Source: the human T2T-CHM13v2.0 reference genome, Homo sapiens
DNA length: 64,000 nucleotides
Assembly (NCBI RefSeq): GCF_009914755.1
Contig: NC_060928.1
Direction: 5' to 3' (one strand)
Of this stretch, positions 60,279-64,000 are shown piece by piece. The notes below the pieces were generated by a model, which was not told where the DNA came from, made no database searches, and saw only the letters and a program-made list of their open reading frames with translations. A program made the translations under genes and the position numbers. Every line of letters begins with the position of its first letter. Positions within the stretch are counted from its first letter, which is position 1.

Positions 60279-61883
60279 AGAGAAATGAGTATAAATATTA
60301 GAACTATTAGAACAGGTAACTTTACTTACATTTACCATTTACCTCTTGTACAGTCTTGAGCAAATAACCACATAATGCCCTTATCGATGTGAATCAAAAT
60401 GCCTAATTGAAAAGTTGTAAAGATTAAAGACATGTTAATCAAAACTTCTGGCACTACCTAAAGGTGAAGAATTAGTAACTCTTATTATGCTGTTACAGTG
60501 TTTTCTTTCTAAATATGCAACTTTGATTTTTGTTTGAGTCTTTTCCCTTCTTCTAAGTGTAATCAACACTTCTCTGAAATACTGGACTGATACATACTCT
60601 TTCTCCCCAAGAGATACTAATGCTTGCCACCCCGGCCCCACACATCTCTTCCTATCTCCATCTTCGTCTAGTTCTCCCCAGGAGCCTCATATTTGACATT
60701 TGCATGTCATACTTTGTCAACAGCCTTCCAATATAAGCCCTGTACTTTTGTCATCTTAAATGACTAAAACATGTTGAGCTCCTTCATCACTTTATAGTTC
60801 TGTTCCTGTTGTTTTCTCTGTCTGGAATGTGTCTCTCCTGTTTCCTCTCTACCTATTCAAATATTCAAAACTAAAGGTTTACTTGAAACCCTGTCTATTT
60901 AACAAAAACTTCCTGTCTATTCCCTTTGACAATATAACTCAGTATCCTTTTCTAAAGACCAACAGAAGGGCTCTTAAACCCCATTAGGCGGGACAATTGT
61001 GTTTCCTCTGAGTATCTGGTCTGCTTTTAAGTTATTTATACTGCCAATCATATAGGCACAGTTTTTGTGTCTATGTTTACCTTGTTATCAGAAACTCCAA
61101 GCGTGAATCTGTGGTCCATTTTAGCTGTTATGAAATACTTCCAGGCAGACTACTTACTACTCTAACTTGATACATGTTTCAATTAATTTTGCTGTCCCAT
61201 ATTTACCCTTTTTTATCAGATATCTTTTAATTTTTGCATATATTACAATTTAATGGTAAAATAAAATTTTATCTCACAGAAAAGTAATGGTGCAAAAGGA
61301 AATTCTTATAAATAATTGAAAAATAGAGGAAATAGTGTAAAAATGTTAAATTACTTGTAAATAAGCATCCAGAAATAACTACTTCAAATATTTGGATCTA
61401 TTTCCATTACTTCCTAAAATGAGTTGTTTTTCTAATTATTTAAACAATATTTGAATGTGTTAAAATATAATTTTAAATTTGCTTTTGAAAATTAACATGA
61501 TGATTTTTAGGTTATTAAATATTCTTTTAACATATAATATTTAGTGGTTTCATAATATTTCATATGAATAATCATTATTTAATTGAGGTATTCTTATATA
61601 TTTGAGCATTTATGCTGTGTTTAATGGTTAACAGGTTACTACTGTGATGAACAGCAGTGTCAAGTATCTTAATTGCTAAATATTTAACTTCATATTATTA
61701 ATGTAAATTAATGAAAGTAAAAGTCTCAGTTCATAAGTTACTCATATTTCTAAAGCGATTAATACTTGTTGCCAAATTTCTCTTCAATTTTCTTGTTCCC
61801 TGGACAATTGTAGGCATTGTAGTTCTTTTTATATTTATATTGTATGCGTTTCTATAAATATCTTCAACATCTTTGGAAAAAGA

Positions 61884-62840
61884 TGTAGGGGTGGGTTGCC
61901 CTTCCACACCTGTGGGTGTTTCTCGTAAGGTGGGACGAGAGATTTGGAAAAGAAAAAGACACAGAGACAAAGTATAGAGAAAGAAATAAGGGGACCCGGG
62001 GAACCAGCGTTCAGCATATGGAGGATCCCGCCAGCCTCTGAGTTCCCTTAGTATTTATTGATCATTTGTGGGTGTTTCTCGAAGAGGGGGATGTGTCAGG
62101 GTCACAAGACAATTGTGGGGAGAGGGTCAGCAGACAAACACGTGAACAAAGGTCTTTGCATCATAGACAATGTAAAGGATTAAGTGCTGTGCTTTTAGAT
62201 ATGCATACACATAAACATCTCAATGCTTTACAAAGCAGTATTGCTGCCCGCAGGTCCCACCTCCAGCCCTAAGGCAGTTTTTCCCTATCTCAGTAGATGG
62301 AGCATACAATCGGGTTTTATACCGAGACATTCCATTGCCCAGGGACAGGCAGGAGACAGATGCCTTCCTCTTGTCTCAACTGCAAGAGGCATTCCTTCCT
62401 CTTTTACTAATCCTCCTCAGCACAGACCCTTTACGGGTGTCGGGCTGGGGGACGGTCAGGTCTTTCCCTTCCCACGAGGCCATATTTCAGACTATCACAT
62501 GGGGAGAAACCTTGGACAATACCTGGCTTTCCTAGGCAGAGGTCCCTGCGGCCTTCCGCAGTTTTTGTGTCCCTGGGTACTTGAGATTAGGGAGTGGTGA
62601 TGACTCTTAAGGAGCATGCTGCCTTCAAGCATCTGTTTAACAAAGCACATCTTGCACCGCCCTTAATCCATTCAACTCTGAGTTGACACAGCACATGTTT
62701 CAGAGAGCACGGGGTTGGGGGTAAGGTCACAGAATCTCAAGGCAGAATTTTTCTTAGTACATAACAAAATGGAGTCTCCTATGTCTACTTCTTTCTACAC
62801 AGACACAGTAACAATCTGATCTCTCTTGCTTTTCCCCACA
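61884..62840 (-). mobile_element. HERV-K(HML-2) LTR5_Hs solo LTR, 957 bp
   Basis: The reverse strand starts tgtggggaaaagcaagagagatcagattg and ends acccctaca; perfect 6-bp TSD aaaaga (61878-61883, 62841-62846). Confidence 0.97.
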
Positions 62841-63519
62841 AAAAGATACGTAAATATCTGAATGAATATATAAATGAATGGATGGATTTCTTGCTCAAAT
62901 TTATTTCTCTTCTAAAATTATATATAATTGATATATCTATTATATTATTCCACAGCTTTGTCTATTCTGTGTGTTTTTTCTTAAATCTTGCTTTAGTATT
63001 ATGTTTGTCTCCTGAAATAGGTTGAAAACTGCCTTTAAGAAGGTACTATATGTGTTATGTCTTCTAAGTGTCTATTTTTTCATCATACCTTTGGAAATAT
63101 GATTAGAAGTCAAAGTGTACTTGGTTGACAATTAGGCTTCACAATACACACACGAAAATGGAAATTTTTATTAAGAAGTAGTATAAAGTTTGTTGTGAGA
63201 ATACAAATAGCCACAAACTCTCTTGTCCTGTCATCAACACTAACATCATGGCAGCTAAAAATAATCTTTCCCCACTCTTAAGCAAGAATGTTAGACAGTG
63301 ACAGCATCATATTAAATTATTTCCTAAATTCTGTTGATAATGTCTCATGTGTCACACTTCGGGACAGTGAATATTTAGAGTTTCTAAAAACATGACAATG
63401 AGCGAAGAGTCAAATGGCAAGACTGCTTTGAGAAGAATGAACCTGAAACTGGGTCATACCAAACCAACAGTATTGATAGAATTACTTTGGGGTGAAGTGA
63501 ACAGACTCAGTCAAAATGA

Positions 63520-63800
63520 TCACACTGGGTGCCCAGATTATGATCTCTGAATATTTCTTTCACACTCAAAGTAACCAGGACTCTTTGGAGAAACAGCTTT
63601 CAGGTTAGAGGCAGAAAGCATATAAAATGGACTTGACCGAGCTCTATAAATCAGAAAATAAAGAAGCTTTCAAAGGTACTGGGGTGTTGTTTAAAGTACA
63701 CAGGAGCCAATGGAAAAGGATCACAATGGCCAAAGAATGAAGATATTTGCTGCACTGACATAAAAACTATGAAGGTTGGGGACACATCAAAATAGAGTTA
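63520..63800 (+). mobile_element. L1MC4/5-like 3' fragment
   Basis: 'aaccaggactctttggagaaa...acacaggagccaatggaaaaggatcacaatggccaaag'. Confidence 0.5.
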
Positions 63801-64000
63801 GAACACAACTTCCTCTAGTTTCCTAAATATGTTACCACTTGTCCATCTATTTTCTGGTTTCTAAAAATAACTTCTCTGACTTCATTGTCTCAGCTATTCT
63901 ATCTGCCCTTAATGTTTTATGCATATTTTGTGCATGCTCACTCTCATTTAGAGGGGCTGCAAAATCAGTGGAGAGAAACACATTGTCAGTCTCCCATATT

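Noticed and set aside
62066-62600. ORFs inside LTR5_Hs, possible provirus or SVA
   Set aside because: The TSD directly flanks a single LTR. There is no gag/pol/env, VNTR or hexamer repeat, so the ORFs are incidental.

Overview
This is AT-rich primate (human or great-ape) intronic/intergenic DNA, and I can support no host protein-coding exon, tRNA, rRNA or CRISPR array in it. A large part is transposable-element derived: Alus, MaLR LTRs (MLT1/MST/THE1), ERV1 LTRs, hAT and Tc1/mariner DNA transposons, L2/MIR and old L1 fragments, with several nested insertions. Two young elements stand out. One is a near full-length L1PA2-type LINE-1 (41662-47720, minus) with an intact 338-aa ORF1, a multiply disrupted ORF2 and a 5' end clipped through the YY1 site. 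The other is a 957-bp HERV-K(HML-2) LTR5_Hs solo LTR (61884-62840, minus) with a perfect 6-bp target-site duplication (TSD). Signals not explained by simple repeat annotation are a 90-bp hairpin at 13.2 kb, a CTCF/GAS motif cluster at 51.8-51.9 kb, and a CpG-retaining domain at 55-59.6 kb containing an RFX X-box and a possible first exon. Repeat subfamily names come from remembered consensus sequences and need RepeatMasker/Dfam confirmation. I found no convincing evidence of a wholly new biological system, and the findings below are testable hypotheses.
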